Of a DNA stretch of 64,000 nucleotides, positions 1 through 12,091 are shown piece by piece. Numbering within the stretch: the first letter of the stretch is position 1; each line of letters begins with the position of its first letter. Below the pieces are notes generated by a model. The model was not told the DNA's origin and made no database searches. It saw only the letters and a list, made by a program, of their open reading frames with translations. The DNA is from Vicugna vicugna (Eukaryota), in NCBI GenBank assembly GCA_013265495.1, contig MU058423.1, forward strand, positions 1,811,061 through 1,875,060. The letters run 5' to 3'. The translations under genes and the position numbers were made by a program.

Positions 1-574
1 AGATGCAGCCCTTGGCGGCCTGCCCAGGAAGCTCCCCATCCTCTCCAGACCCTGCTCCTGGGTCCCCCAGGAAACAAGCACCTTACAAACTGACAGTAGC
101 CACAGGCCACCCCACATCCCCCTCCCCAGCCTAGAGAATCCCATCCAAAGCAGACAGGGCTTTCAACAGACAATTAGCTTGAATTTTTCATTAGCTGCAG
201 CTTCCTTTGAAGTTCCTGCCTCTAACCCTTTCATACCACCAAGCTATCTAGAGCAGGGGAGGCCCAAGCCATGGCAGAGGAGAGCCCAGCGGATGTGTGG
301 GTTAAGGCTCCCCTGAACCCCCCTTTGAAGTGGACCCCTTAATGATGCAGATTATAAATTCAACCCATTTCCTCCATGCAGCCCGTGGGTGGCCTACTTT
401 TGACAGGCATTTCCAAATGCACCAGCAAAACCCATTCTGCTGCAAGAAACTTGACTCTTCCCTACTGATGAGGATTAATGGTGATAAAGATAATGCAGGT
501 GATAAAAATGATACAGAGAGGTAGATGCCTTCCACTTGTATTTCATTGTCTGCAGTGCTCTTGCACATTCAGAC

Positions 575-720
575 TCTCATCTTAGCCTCCTAACAAGCCT
601 GTGAGGTCCTTGGGATCATTACTATCAGCTTCTGGTTTGCAGAAGAGGAAACAGAGTTTCAGGGGTCAGTGACTTCATCTAAGGACCCAAAACAAGGGAG
701 TAGCTGAGGCAAGACTGAGA
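575..720 (-). mobile_element. MIR SINE fragment
   Basis: gcagaagaggaaacagag...gtgacttcatctaagg resembles the reverse complement of the MIR core. Confidence 0.55.
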
Positions 721-3700
721 ATATCTTCCGATGACAATTTCAGACTGGAAATTTCAGAATGAGGAGACCAATTAGTTCCCCTTTCCTCTCTGGGGTCCCA
801 GGTCCGGGAAACATTGTCTAGATGAGTGTGGATAGATGGATATTCATGTATTGCTACTTACACTAGTTTTTTTTTTTTTTTTGGAGCTGTTTGAGAGGAG
901 AGAGAAGGGAAGAAAACCTTTTCTAGTTCTAAATACATATGCAGACAGTGAGGTAGGAGCCCATGTACATCCACTCGAGGAAGTCTTGCCTCCACCCCGA
1001 CTACCAGGGATTTCAACCTGATGTCAGGAAGACAGGGCTCTCCCAGGCACAGTGTCTGTCCCTTTAAAGCCAGCAGGAGGGCAGAGTGCTCTGGGAGGAG
1101 GGAGAAAGGCCTCTCCAGCCCTGGGAAGAAGAAGCCCAAGGGCAGACATCTCCCCGCTGCTCCTCACAACCTGAAGAGAGGGCCACCCACTTGCCACCCG
1201 CCCGTCAGACCTGCTTTATGCCCTGATTTGGCTCAGGTGACTTCCAGTCCCAGAGTAGGAGCAGAAGAGCAGCTGGGCATTTTTAGATTGATCTAGTTGC
1301 TTTGTGGCACCTAGTAGACGGTCAATAAACAATCATTGACGAATGAATGGAATGGAATGGAATGGGAGAAGGGCAGGGAGGAGGCCACACCATGGCCCCC
1401 CACTCCCAACCGCATGCCCACCTCCTCCATCCTCTTCAACCTTCCTTCCACAGTACGCACCCTGATCTCTGCTGCCCCTGCCTCTGGCTCCGTGACCTTG
1501 GAGTGCTCTCCACAAGTCTTTCCCTCTCTGCCCCAGGGCTTCTGTGCCACTGTGGACACGGGTGGGTCCATGCTCAGCACACATGGCTGTGTAGTCCATA
1601 AGCTCAGGAAACCAACGCTCTTGGAGGCAACACTCAGTCAACAGGATGGGGGAGCCAGCAGATAAATACACGCCCTCAGGTGGACAGTCATGAGATCTGA
1701 GGGTCTCAGTGAGACACAGCCCCACTTCCCTGCAGCAGTGTCCTCCATAATGACGCTTATCTCGAATTTTCCTCCTACCTACACTTCCCTGGGGGCTTCC
1801 CAGATACACCATCTACCATGAGACCCCTCAGAGAGCTCTTGGGACCCCTGGCCCTCTGCTGTTTCCTTGGTTCCTGTTCACAAAACAGGCAGCCTGTTTC
1901 TACCTCCCTAAGGGAGATTCTGCTGTCCACAGTCCCCAGAGGGCAGAGTGACAATACAGCTGGCCCAGCCAGAGCACCTGCTCCGTGCACGGACTGGGCT
2001 GTATGCCTTATAAACCTTATTTCCAAGCCTCACAACTACTCACAGAGGCAGGTTACTATTCCAGACACATATACCAAGGTTCAGAAGAGCATGACTCGGG
2101 TCACAACATGAGCCAAGCAACTGGTGGAACTGGAAAATAGCTCCAGGGCCATCTAGGATCCAATCTCAGTGCTGCACAGGGTGGTAGGCCTGGCCCTAGG
2201 ACAGCAGAGTGACCCCCCAGGACCAGCCTGGAGACACACAGAGCCCTGAGATAGGTTACCCCATCACCCCCGGCAGAGGGACAATAGAACAAGGGCTAAA
2301 AGGTGGGAGAGAGAGCATGGGGGTGTGACAGTGGTGGCACCAGACTGGACTCGAACATTGGGAAGAACAAGCTGAGGGGCGGGGGAGGGGGGCTATAAGT
2401 TCCAAGGACCACTTCACAGAGGGCCCTGCACGTTGGGGTAAGGAAGGTGGATTTCTCCCCGAGGGCAGCCTGGAGCCCAGGAAGGCCCAGAAATAAGGGA
2501 GAGGCAGGGCCGGACTTCTGTTTCAGAGAGATTCCTTAGGCTGCGTGTGGTCACAGAGTAGCTGGACCAACTATCCAGGACGGAGATGATGAACGCCTGA
2601 AGCAGGACAAGTGATGTGCAGAGCACAGGGCGAGGAGGGAGAAACCGGAAACGTGAGAGGCAAGGAAAAAGGAGGCGGCGAAGACAGCCTCCCGGGCTGG
2701 ATCCAGGGCTGCTGCTCCCCTCACCATGTGCCTCAGGACCTGTCTGCAGCAGGGTTGAGGGTCCATGAAGGGCGTGCCCCGACACCATGTCCCCACCAGC
2801 GACAGCACGGCCAGCCTGGTCAGTACCTCCCAACAGCCCATCCATCCCCCACCAAGCCTGGGGCTGGGCTCCAATCCTGCCCGGGATATGGTCAGGAGCC
2901 TCTGGGAAAGGGTAAGGCTTCCTCTAGCCCCATGCAGGGAGTCTCTGCTGGGCCATCTCTGCCCTCAGAAACCTGTGAAATATTTACAGGCAGCCAAGCA
3001 GGGGAAGTGGGGGGCAGCTAGAACATGAATTATTGACAGCTCGCTTTCATCCTGGCCCAGGCTGCTGGGCCAAGCAGAGACCCAGGGGAGCCCCAGGGCA
3101 ATCTATGGGCATTAAGAAGAGTTCTTGAGGAAGCCAGGGGTGGAGGCTCCTGATTGTTAGGGGAGTCAGAGGGAGCCTGAGCAGTGAAGCTCCTGTCCTG
3201 ACCCATTGGGCTGCCCAGTGTTGGGGCAGGGGTAGTGAGCAGAAGCCAGCATCCCACTGTACCAAGCCTGGCCAAGCCACCCATTCTCCTCACTGGTTGC
3301 CTCCCAGGCATGAGGAATGAGGGCTGCCGGAGATTCACCAAGTCCCCTGCGAGCTGCTCAGATGCTTGTCACTACAGATGTCCACTGACCCCTCTGAGAT
3401 GCTGCAGGTGTGGTCCCCAGTCCTGCAGGGCCCCTGGAGCAGCCCTGAGGGGCTGGCTTCCTTTGCTCACAGAGTCTCTTCTGGGGAGAAGTCTGGGCCC
3501 TTCCACAAAAACCTCCATAGAATTAGCCTAGGAAAAGGCCTCTAGGGACTGCTTCCTACCCCAGCTCCCCACCTACAAGAGCTGGATCCTGCTGTTGAGG
3601 AGCAAGGACTCAGCAGATGTGGGTCTGAGCCACAGCACCACTAGCCAGCCATGGATCCAAGCCTCAATTTTCCTATCTGAGAAATGGGTATGAAGATGGA

Positions 3701-4512
3701 CCCACCACCCTCCTACCCCCTGGGGATGGCAGGTGTATCCAGGAAAGCAAGTAAGGATGGACTCTGTAGTCAGAGATATTGTTCTTACCAAGCCCAGTTC
3801 TCCCCCAAGTCCTGGCTGCAGCCAGTGCCTCAACCTTCTCAGACAGTGGAAACCTGACAGCCAGGGAGACAGGCCACCCAGCCCTGTGATCCATGTGATC
3901 TGGCCCCAAGACCAGAGGCTTTTTATATTTTTACATTTGTCCTTCCAGGACATGTGGTGTTAGGAGAGGCAGCCTTCTGCCGGGCTCCCTCCCTGCCTGC
4001 CTGCACATGACAGCCGAGTCCTGAGGTGAGGGACGAAACCAAGGTGGGGATGGGGGTGGCGGATTTCTGGAACCCACAGCATCTAGGTCACTGTCCTCTT
4101 TCATCACTGAGCTGGGAGGCCAGCCTAGCTCCTGTGAGCCTCCGTTTTCAGCTGGTAGGCTCTAGAGACCCTGAGCAGTGTGCATAGGGAATGGTTTCCA
4201 CCCCAACCCTACCAACCCCCCATGTGCTTCCCAGAAGCCCACCCCCTCAGCCCTGCAGTCCAACCACCGCTGCAGGAGGGAGCCAGTCCCACAGGCAGAT
4301 GGTGTCTCTGCTTCTCACTGGCTCGCCACCTCCCGCTCCCCAGCTCATGGTGCTCTGCAAACTTTCAAAGTTAGCAACAGCAGCATCTTCCAGAGGGGAC
4401 AGAAGGGAGAGAGAGGGAAGAGGTCACTAGAGGGCTGAATGTGTGGAAGGGAGCAGAGGCTGGGGGCAAACCCTGCAAATCATCTGTGTAAAATGTTCCA
4501 TTTGACTAGATG

Positions 4513-4721
4513 CAGTATTTCTCAAAGGGGACCCTACTGGCCTCTGGAGTGAGACCATTCTTGGTTGTGTAGGATCATCCTTTGTGGTGGGAGATTTGGC
4601 CTACCTGGCCCGGGGCTCGGCCCTTTGTGCAGCACCTACCCCTACAATACTGCTCTAGGCAACCCCCATGTGCTTCCAGTGGTCCCTAGGGGCGCAGTCC
4701 TGCCCCCATTAAGAACCACTG
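4513..4721 (-). mobile_element. MER20-like hAT-Charlie DNA transposon
   Basis: Termini cagtatttctcaaa ... ttaagaaccactg, about 210 bp long, with internal similarity to MER20 as recalled. Confidence 0.65.
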
Positions 4722-7599
4722 TTAGAGGCTCCCCAGAGCAGAGACCGGGCATCTCTCCTCTCCTTCCTGACTGATTCCCTCTGCCCACAGCACCTACAAC
4801 TCATCTCAGCCAGCAAAGTGCACACAGAACACACTCCCACCTGCCGACTCAGGGTCCCTTCCAGGTGACAGAAGGACAGATTATCTCTGCCTGCCAGACT
4901 GACTGACCACCTGGCTAATTGGCTGACCAGTTGAACTGAACAACTGCCTGCTTCCCTAACTGACAGAAAGAAGCAAGCCTTTCTGGAACAAGTATTCCCC
5001 AAAACCAGACACAGACCCGCATCAGCCACACTCATTGGGGTGACCCTCCATCCGCTCTTACAGGGGATTCTCACTGGCCTGATTCCCTTCCTCGAGGAGT
5101 TCTCTGCCAAGCCCCTTGAGGACCAAAGGCCAATGGCCCTGGCTCTAAGACTCCAGACTTCCTCCAGTTAAACCTACTCCCTGAGTCTCCAGCTCCTCCC
5201 CCGACTCCACACCCGACATCGCAGATTCTGCCTGCCTGTAGACTGACCTCAGGGATGTGTCAGAATGAGTAATGGCCCCCCAGCGCCTTCCCTGCAGGTG
5301 CAGACATGCAGGAGCAGCACTTTCCCACGCCTCACCTGAGCCAGATCAGATGTCCCCACCCCAATTCACACCCAGCTGACTTGGTCTGTGTGAAATGCAG
5401 ACGCTCTCACCTGTCACCCTCCCTCCCACGTGGATGCTTCCAAATCCTGGCCTTTGCCCACACAGGGTAACATCCATCCATCAATCCAGCTCTTCATCTA
5501 TCCGTCTACCCATCTGCCTGGCCAGCCCACAATTCATCCACCTCTGCATTAAGTCATTCACTCAAGACTCAGTATTTATTCAGTGGGTAATAATGGTGTC
5601 ACACCTGGCCAGTGTCAGTTACTCTCACTCAACTAACCCCTTACTAAAAAGACAAAAGCCAGCCTTCTCAAACTGTACCCCTAGGAGCTTAGTTCTTCCA
5701 CTCATTTATTGAGCACTTACTATGTGCCCGACACTGTCCTATCCCCTGTGGATACAAAGATAAAGGATGTGATACCCACTTGTCCAGGGCTTGTTTGTTG
5801 CTGAAGACAAACCATTGACACAAAAAGTGGGCCATTTAGGACAGTGATGAGCAGAGTGTGCCAAGGGAGAATGGGGTAACAGCAATACTAGCACCTCTAT
5901 GGGGCTCACCACGTCTGGCACTGTTCTGAGCACCGTACATGTGCTAACTCATCTGATCAGAAGGGGGACACCTATTCCAGGGGGAGAGGGATTGCAGACA
6001 AAAGGAACAGTCTGTGCAAAGGCAAGAAGTCACAGTGACTGCAGCACAGAAGACAAATGAGAGAGTGGCAAGAGAGGAGGCTGAGAACGAGGCAGTGTCA
6101 TGGTCATTCTTCCCCAGGCACACACTGTGTTGGGACCCAGGGATTCTGTCTCTGTGCAGGACAGAGCCCTAACCTCACCGAGAATATAGTCTAGTCTTAG
6201 AGGAGTAGCGGGGTGGTCAGTGCATATCAGAATCTACTGAGGACAGTTTGAAAAAGCCTCTGGATGATTCTGAAATGTACCCTTCATCCCGGCTGAGGAC
6301 TTTTGTATTAAATGGTCTCAAAACTCACTTCTAACTTTATCATTCTATGAAAGGGTAGATGGGAGAAAGGAACCAAATTATCCTAACTTAGATGAATCTG
6401 AGGAGTTAATGCTGGTCTCGTAGTCTAGTCAGGGGCATCAGACACTGCTGGGACCCCTTCCTCCTTCCATCAGGATGGGTGAAGAGGGTCCTGTGGTGCA
6501 TCACCCAGATCTCTCGCTGAAGGTTGGAGGCACTCACCCCTACAGCTGCTGACATCTCACAGTGCTCTCCGGGCACTGCCCTCTGAGAATGGCATCCACC
6601 TCCCCTAAGCTTATACCCCAGGGCAGCCCACATCCAATGACTGATGGGGGGCACATAACTCCCCACCCTCAGGTAGGAGTCTCTCAGAAGGGTCATGCCA
6701 GCTCCAGAGCCCGCAACAGGATCAACAGAGCCCTCTGTGCAACTGATCAGAGTTCCACCTTCCTCTCTACCCAATCCCCCCAAGCATTGATACAAAGAGC
6801 CCTTTCCAGTAATCGTCCTGCATCCAAATTTCATCTCAGAGTCTGTTTCTTTGGAAAACTGACCTATGACAATGGACCATGCTGACCTGGGACCTTGGAT
6901 GGTGCTGACTTGACAAGTCTACCCATTCATCCATCCTCCCATCTAAGCTCCAGCTCTGACTTGACAATCCCACCCAGGAGACCTGCTCACCATTCCTTAC
7001 ACATCATGTGCTCTTTCAGTATCTCTATATGCCAGGAGCCACTACCAGATCTCTCCTAATTTAAAATGATTATGTGATCGTCCTGGCCAGGGGCTCTGTC
7101 ACCACCCATCCACTACCCTTTTCTCTGCACTCCTTTCCTAAAAATAAAATTTAAAAAAATTTTTTAAACCCTGTTTCCTCCTGCAGGAAGCCTCCTAATT
7201 TTCCCCTAAGTTGGAGGAATTTAGAATCCTGGAACTCTTGGACTTTCAGCTGCTGTTAGTTTGGAAACTTTTGTGTGTTTATAGATGGATATTCAAAATC
7301 ATATTTCTGGGTTTCTTTGTAGTCTATATTTGTGCATTTTCTGCCCTCAGGAATGTGTGTTCTGCCTCTCCAATAAAGGAGGAGGCAGAGATCCCCAAAG
7401 ATCAAGGAGGTGCTTCATCTGTGTCTCCCCCCTGCCCCTGCCACTTGGCTGCCACAGAAGTGACTGGTGAGAAAGTCTGATGACAGCCCAATAACTCAAC
7501 AGAAACTAGATGTAGGAGAACAACCTGCTTCTAGCCTTTTATTTCCATCAAAAAACCAGCGTGCACAGTCTCCCCAGCCTGAGGAGGACGTGTGCAGGC

Positions 7600-7745
7600 A
7601 GGACAGCTAGCATTATCTCCATTGACAAAGGAAGATTCCAAGGCCAGAGAGGTAAAGTGACTTGCCCAAGGGCACCCAGTCAGCAAGTGGCAGTGAATCT
7701 AGGCCAGAACCCAGGCGTCCCTCCTCTGAGCCCAGGGCTCCTCCT
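7600..7745 (-). mobile_element. MIR SINE
   Basis: aggccagagaggtaaagtgacttgcccaagggcacccag is the reverse complement of the MIR core. Confidence 0.8.
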
Positions 7746-8389
7746 GTCACACTCTGCAGGGAAGGGCAGCCCAGTGTTGGTGAGACTGGCAGCATGTGGG
7801 AGCCGGACAGCATGCTCCTGGTGGGTGATGTGGCCCACCCCCCACCCCCAGGGGCTGGGAAATGCTGGCAGGAACTCGCTGGGGTACCCCAAAAGCCACC
7901 CTTTTCCCAAATGGCCATGTGCAAAGGGCCCTTTCAGGAGACACAGCCAGAAAGGCCTGGGGAGCCACAGTCTCAGGTTCCTACTTGCAGAGTCCTCCAA
8001 GGACACGGCCAGAGGCTGAGCCCATGTACAGGAAACAGTGATGTCCCGATGAACAGGACTTCATTGCCCCACTCAGCAAAGGCTCCTGTCCCTCCCGACC
8101 TCACCCAGAACCTGGGGAGTACACCGAGGGGCACTGAGGGCTCACAGGGGTCACAGCATCATTGGAAGTGAGACCCCTGAACCTTACTGAGCTATAAAGA
8201 GGGGCAAAAAATTGCTCCATCAGGTCCGTTCTCTGACAGGAGGCCTAGGAGTGCGTGAGCATCAGCCCGGCCTCTGATCACTCACGCCCACCACCCCTGT
8301 TACAGTGAGGACCCCTGAAGGCTCCATGGCCGGTCCTGAGTCTGACAAAAGAAGCCTCGCCTCATCCTAGTGGGGGCGGACCCTGTGGT

Positions 8390-8620
8390 TAATAATAATA
8401 ATAATAATAAACACTTACTGAGCACTGAGCCCGTGCCGGGCTCTGCCTTAACGTTTCACACAGCGTGGTAACTCACCGAGCCTCACAGCAGCCCCAGGAG
8501 GCAGCTACTCTTGCCCCTTGTCCAGGTGAGGAGACAGATGGACAGGGAGGTAGGCGCACTTGCCCAAGGTGACCAGCTAGAAGTGTAACAGAGTCTGCTG
8601 GTTTAGCCACGTGCCAAATC
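8390..8620 (-). mobile_element. MIR SINE with (AAT)n at its tail end, abutting the CpG island
   Basis: (AAT)6-7, then cacttactgagcact...gccgggctctg...cctcacagcagcc...ggtgaggagacag...cacttgcccaaggtgaccagctag. Confidence 0.75.
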
Positions 8621-8760
8621 ACCTCTTCCCGTGTTCTGGGGTGTCCTTGCCCTAAAACTCAAATCTTAAGCTCACAGAATTGACCGGGAAGGGACGCCTC
8701 CACTCTCCCTACCTCCTCCCCCCCACCCCACCCCCAAAACACATACATGCTTTGGGATGG

Positions 8761-9270
8761 TATTTGGATGGCAACGACCATGCCAGAGTCCCAGGCAGAA
8801 GAAGCCCCTCGCTGGCGGCCGCTGGCCAGGGCCGGAACGGCGGGCCGCGGGTGGAGTCGGGGACTCGAAGAGGAAACCCGCGGACTGCCTCCTGCAGCGG
8901 CGGCAGCGGGGCCGGCAGCAGACACGGCGCGGCCGCCGGCTCCGTCCACACCCGCAGCGGCCCAGCCAACAGCGCCAGGCCTCCCTTTGGCTAAAGGACG
9001 AGACCCAGACCTTCCCCAGCCGCCCAGCCTTCGGACTGGGAAACGGCAGGGAGGGAGGTCCCTGGGCGAGGATGCGGGGGGGAGGGGGGCGCCCGCCGAG
9101 TCCGCGCCGCATCCTGGCCCGGGCAGTGCCCTCTGCCGGCCGGGCTGGCCCTGCGCCGCTGGGGAGGCGCCGCCTGGCCGGACAGCGCGAGTCTGCACCT
9201 TCTCCTCCGGGGCTGTTCAGGCAGGAAACCAACGCGGGGCAGACTGCTCAGCCCGGCCGGCCCGTCGGAG
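8761..9270. promoter_or_regulatory. Orphan CpG island
   Basis: About 55 CpGs in 510 bp by hand count, very GC-rich, with GGC/GCA runs. No coding exon is associated with it. Confidence 0.9.
9124..9142 (-). promoter_or_regulatory. CTCF motif
   Basis: Minus strand reads CGGCCGGCAGAGGGCACTG, fitting the core CTCF consensus (CC[A/G][C/G]CAG[A/G][G/T]GGC[A/G]C) at every conserved position. Confidence 0.6.
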
Positions 9271-9769
9271 AGAGCTGGGGCCCTGGTTTATCTGTGAAGA
9301 GAGGCTGAGAAGTAGAGTCAATGAAGGGGAGAAGATACACAGGCTGACAAGCCGGCGGGTCCTAGCCTGGTGGAAGCCTCTTTGGCCATCGGTTGACTGA
9401 TCTCCGCAATGGAAATGATCCTTGCTTGGCCCCAGGGTTATTGGAAGGGTTGAATGTGATGAGGCTAAGGTTCAGGCTAACAGGAGGTGGTCATCATTAC
9501 ATGCTCCCCACCCCCAGCCCAGCAGAGGCAAAGAGGTGACCCACCCTGCTGGGCTCCTGACCGGGTACACAGGGCTTTGGCCCTGCTGCCCCGCCACAGC
9601 TCCCCTCCCCCCACCATAAGGTGCCTGAAAGACAGGCCCTCTGAGGAAGCTCGTCCCCAGGCAGAGGTCAACCAAGTCTCCATGTCAACTTGGGCAAATT
9701 AAGTCCCTTCTCTGGGTTTCACCATTAAATGTGGGGACGGGACAAGATTTATGGTTCCCAGATTAGACT

Positions 9770-9935
9770 ATCAGCATCCATAACACCTAGCGAGTTTTCT
9801 AATAATCCAGAATCCTAGACTCTCACTTCCTGGGATTCTGATTTAAGAAATCACTGTGGAGTCTGAGAATTTTATTTAAATACCCTCCGCAATTTACTTG
9901 GACGTCCAACCAGATTTAAGAACCACTACTTTAGA
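9770..9935. mobile_element. MER5-like hAT-Charlie element
   Basis: gattctgattt...gtctgagaatttt...gatttaagaaccactacttta resembles the MER5 family terminus. Confidence 0.5.
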
Positions 9936-10129
9936 TGTTCCTAAGGTTTTCTCCAGCTCCAAGATTCAGTAACCTTAGGCAAGTTGAAGAAAAGGCCTGG
10001 ATGGAGGCCTAAGCCTTGGTCTCCAGCCTGGAGCAGCCCACCTTCCTCTCAGAAGACAGCTCCAAGGGGTTTCTCCTTGTCTTTGTTTCTCCTTGGAATA
10101 ATTTTGGGAATTGGCTAGTAAAGCAGAAA

Positions 10130-10470
10130 TCTTGGTTACCTTCTGGAAAAGTCACGCCTCTTGATTCCTCGGTAAGAGAACCCCAGTTTTGTTAAACTGT
10201 CCCTTCATCAGAAACAGTGATATTAATCTTGATTCTTCTCAGCCACTTCTGATCATCTCATTTTCTTGGCAGGTATTTATTCAAGAAGTGTCATGGGAAC
10301 CAGTTTTGGCCAATGAAGGGAAGTTTGTCAGGGTAGGTAGGTGTTAGGAAAGGTTACTTAAAAAGAAATACAGAAACAGAAGCTCCCTCCTCTTTTTTGC
10401 ATGTAGTCATGACTAGGCGTGATGTCCAGAACTTTGGCAGCCATCTTTCTACTGCAAGGGGATATTTTCA
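10130..10470 (+). mobile_element. ERVL LTR16/LTR33-like fragment
   Basis: gtcatgggaaccagttttggccaatgaag...gtgatgtccagaactttggcagccatctt are diagnostic LTR16/33-type words as recalled. Confidence 0.5.
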
Positions 10471-10519
10471 GGGAAAAACCCTCAGCCTGGAATACTCTTT
10501 TCCACCCCAGTCTCATTCT

Positions 10520-10852
10520 CCAACCTAACTCTTCCTTGCCCTTCAGCCCCCCTCTCAAACATCACTTTCTCAGGAAAAGAACCCCCACACTAGCCTGGTG
10601 GAAGCCTTGTTCCCCTTGTTCAACCTTCTCAAGTCTCCTACACTTTGCCTTGGAAACACTCATCACAGTTTGAAATTATACATCTGTGAGATTATTTGCC
10701 CAAACCTGTCTTCCTGACTAGACTATAAACTGCATAAGGTCAAGAACCCTGTTTTTCTGGATCATCATTCAACCCCAGCACCTCATACAGTGCCTAATAA
10801 ATCAGATGCTCCATGCATCATTGCTGAATGAATGAATGAATGAATGAATGAA
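10520..10852 (+). mobile_element. L2 LINE 3' end with (TGAA)7 tail
   Basis: ctagactataaactgcataaggtcaag...cccagcacctcatacagtgcct...tgaatgaatgaa; the tail spans 10825-10852. Confidence 0.8.
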
Positions 10853-12091
10853 TTCTCACTCTCCCAAACAAGGATAATGCTCATTTTTAAACTCTACCCC
10901 CAGAGCTTCAGGCAAAAACAACTCTCTTCTGTGAAAGCAGAGAATTGTGATGCTAGACGAGACCCCAAGATTTTTTTGGATAAGCAGACCGTCTTGAGCA
11001 TTCACTGGATTGTCAATAGTTCCATGTCCTCTCTCTGCCAGCTTCTGTGCTGGCTGTCAAGGACCCAGAGGGAACTAGGGCAGGGTCCCTGCCCTCCCAG
11101 AGCTCTGTCTGGTAGATTTTCCCAGTGTTTTCCTCCCTTCTGCCCTGCCCTGACCCAGTTCTCCATCTGTCCCCTGAGGCACTAAGGCAAGGCAAGTATG
11201 ACAGCAGGACACATGGGGCCCTACTCCCTCCTGGGGGTGACCTAGGTGGAAGGACAGGGATATGTCCAGCCAATGATGACCAGAGGCTGAAATGGAAGAC
11301 CTCTGCCCAGTTCTTCTTGCCCACCAGCCAAAGGAATCAGCTATCATGGAGTTTCCAGTGCACAGTGGATAGCTCACAATTGCCTCAGTCTCCCTCAGAA
11401 GCGAGGATTTCCAGGCAATAGCAGGGGGAGAATTCAACCTCTGTCTCAGAAGCAGAAAGAAGTCCCATGGAACGCTCATCAGCTCCAACCTTCAATGACT
11501 CTGTTCCTCTCTAGGAGGGGCGGACCTCACAGACCAGGTGGAGCTGCCAGACTCCAGAGGCCTGAAGTCAGGACTGACAAGGAGACTTGCTGGAAGTGGG
11601 CGTGGGGGAAGCTCAGGCTCTGGGTGGGGGTGACTTTCCAACGGTGAGGTTGGAAAGTCGTCATGAGGGGTCCCGGGAAGGACTGAAGATGCAGGGCTGA
11701 GAGAGGTCTGTGGGCATCTCCCAACAAGGACTTTCCAACTGGGCACAGTTACCCGCACCGGGCGCCAGAACCCAGGCTTCTGGGACCACCTGTGCCCCTC
11801 TTTGCCTTACTCCCTCACCTCAGGTGAGGGGCCCCATGGAAGATGTCCCATCACCAAAGAAGCCCCCTACAGGCCGGCAGGCACGGAGGGCTAGAACCAG
11901 AGGGTGTGTGACACTGGGGAGAAAGCCACGGACTCCTCTCCCTGAGACCTCAGGTGACCTCAGGTGGTTCATCTTGGAGAGGTGGCCCAGGGTGGCAGCA
12001 GACTACAGAGAGAAGAAAATGGGAGAGGAAATTCATCCAAGGAAAGCGCTGCTCTGCAATTTCTTAAAGGCATTCTCTCTTTGCTAACCTG

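Noticed and set aside
4421-4439. AGGTCACTAGAGGGC shared with 57453, CTCF-like
   Set aside because: A few 15-mer matches are expected by chance, and this copy has a poor 3' end (TGAA) for CTCF.
8176-8205. TATAGCTCAGT on the minus strand, resembling a tRNA-derived SINE head or A-box, and a TATA-like word on the plus strand
   Set aside because: No B-box, tRNA fold or SINE body follows, and a MIR separates it from the island.
1-8700. Possible KCNA2 coding or 3' sequence
   Set aside because: No Kv1.2 peptide appears in any frame; by synteny KCNA2 should lie upstream of the window.
9180-9188. GGACAGCGC, right half of a REST/RE1 site in the island
   Set aside because: The left half (TCAGCACC) is absent; a 9-mer in GC-rich DNA is expected by chance.
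8659-9400. Overlapping 104-217 aa ORFs on both strands in the CpG island
   Set aside because: Stop-poor GC-rich DNA gives A/G/P/R-rich ORFs in most frames; no domain is recognisable.
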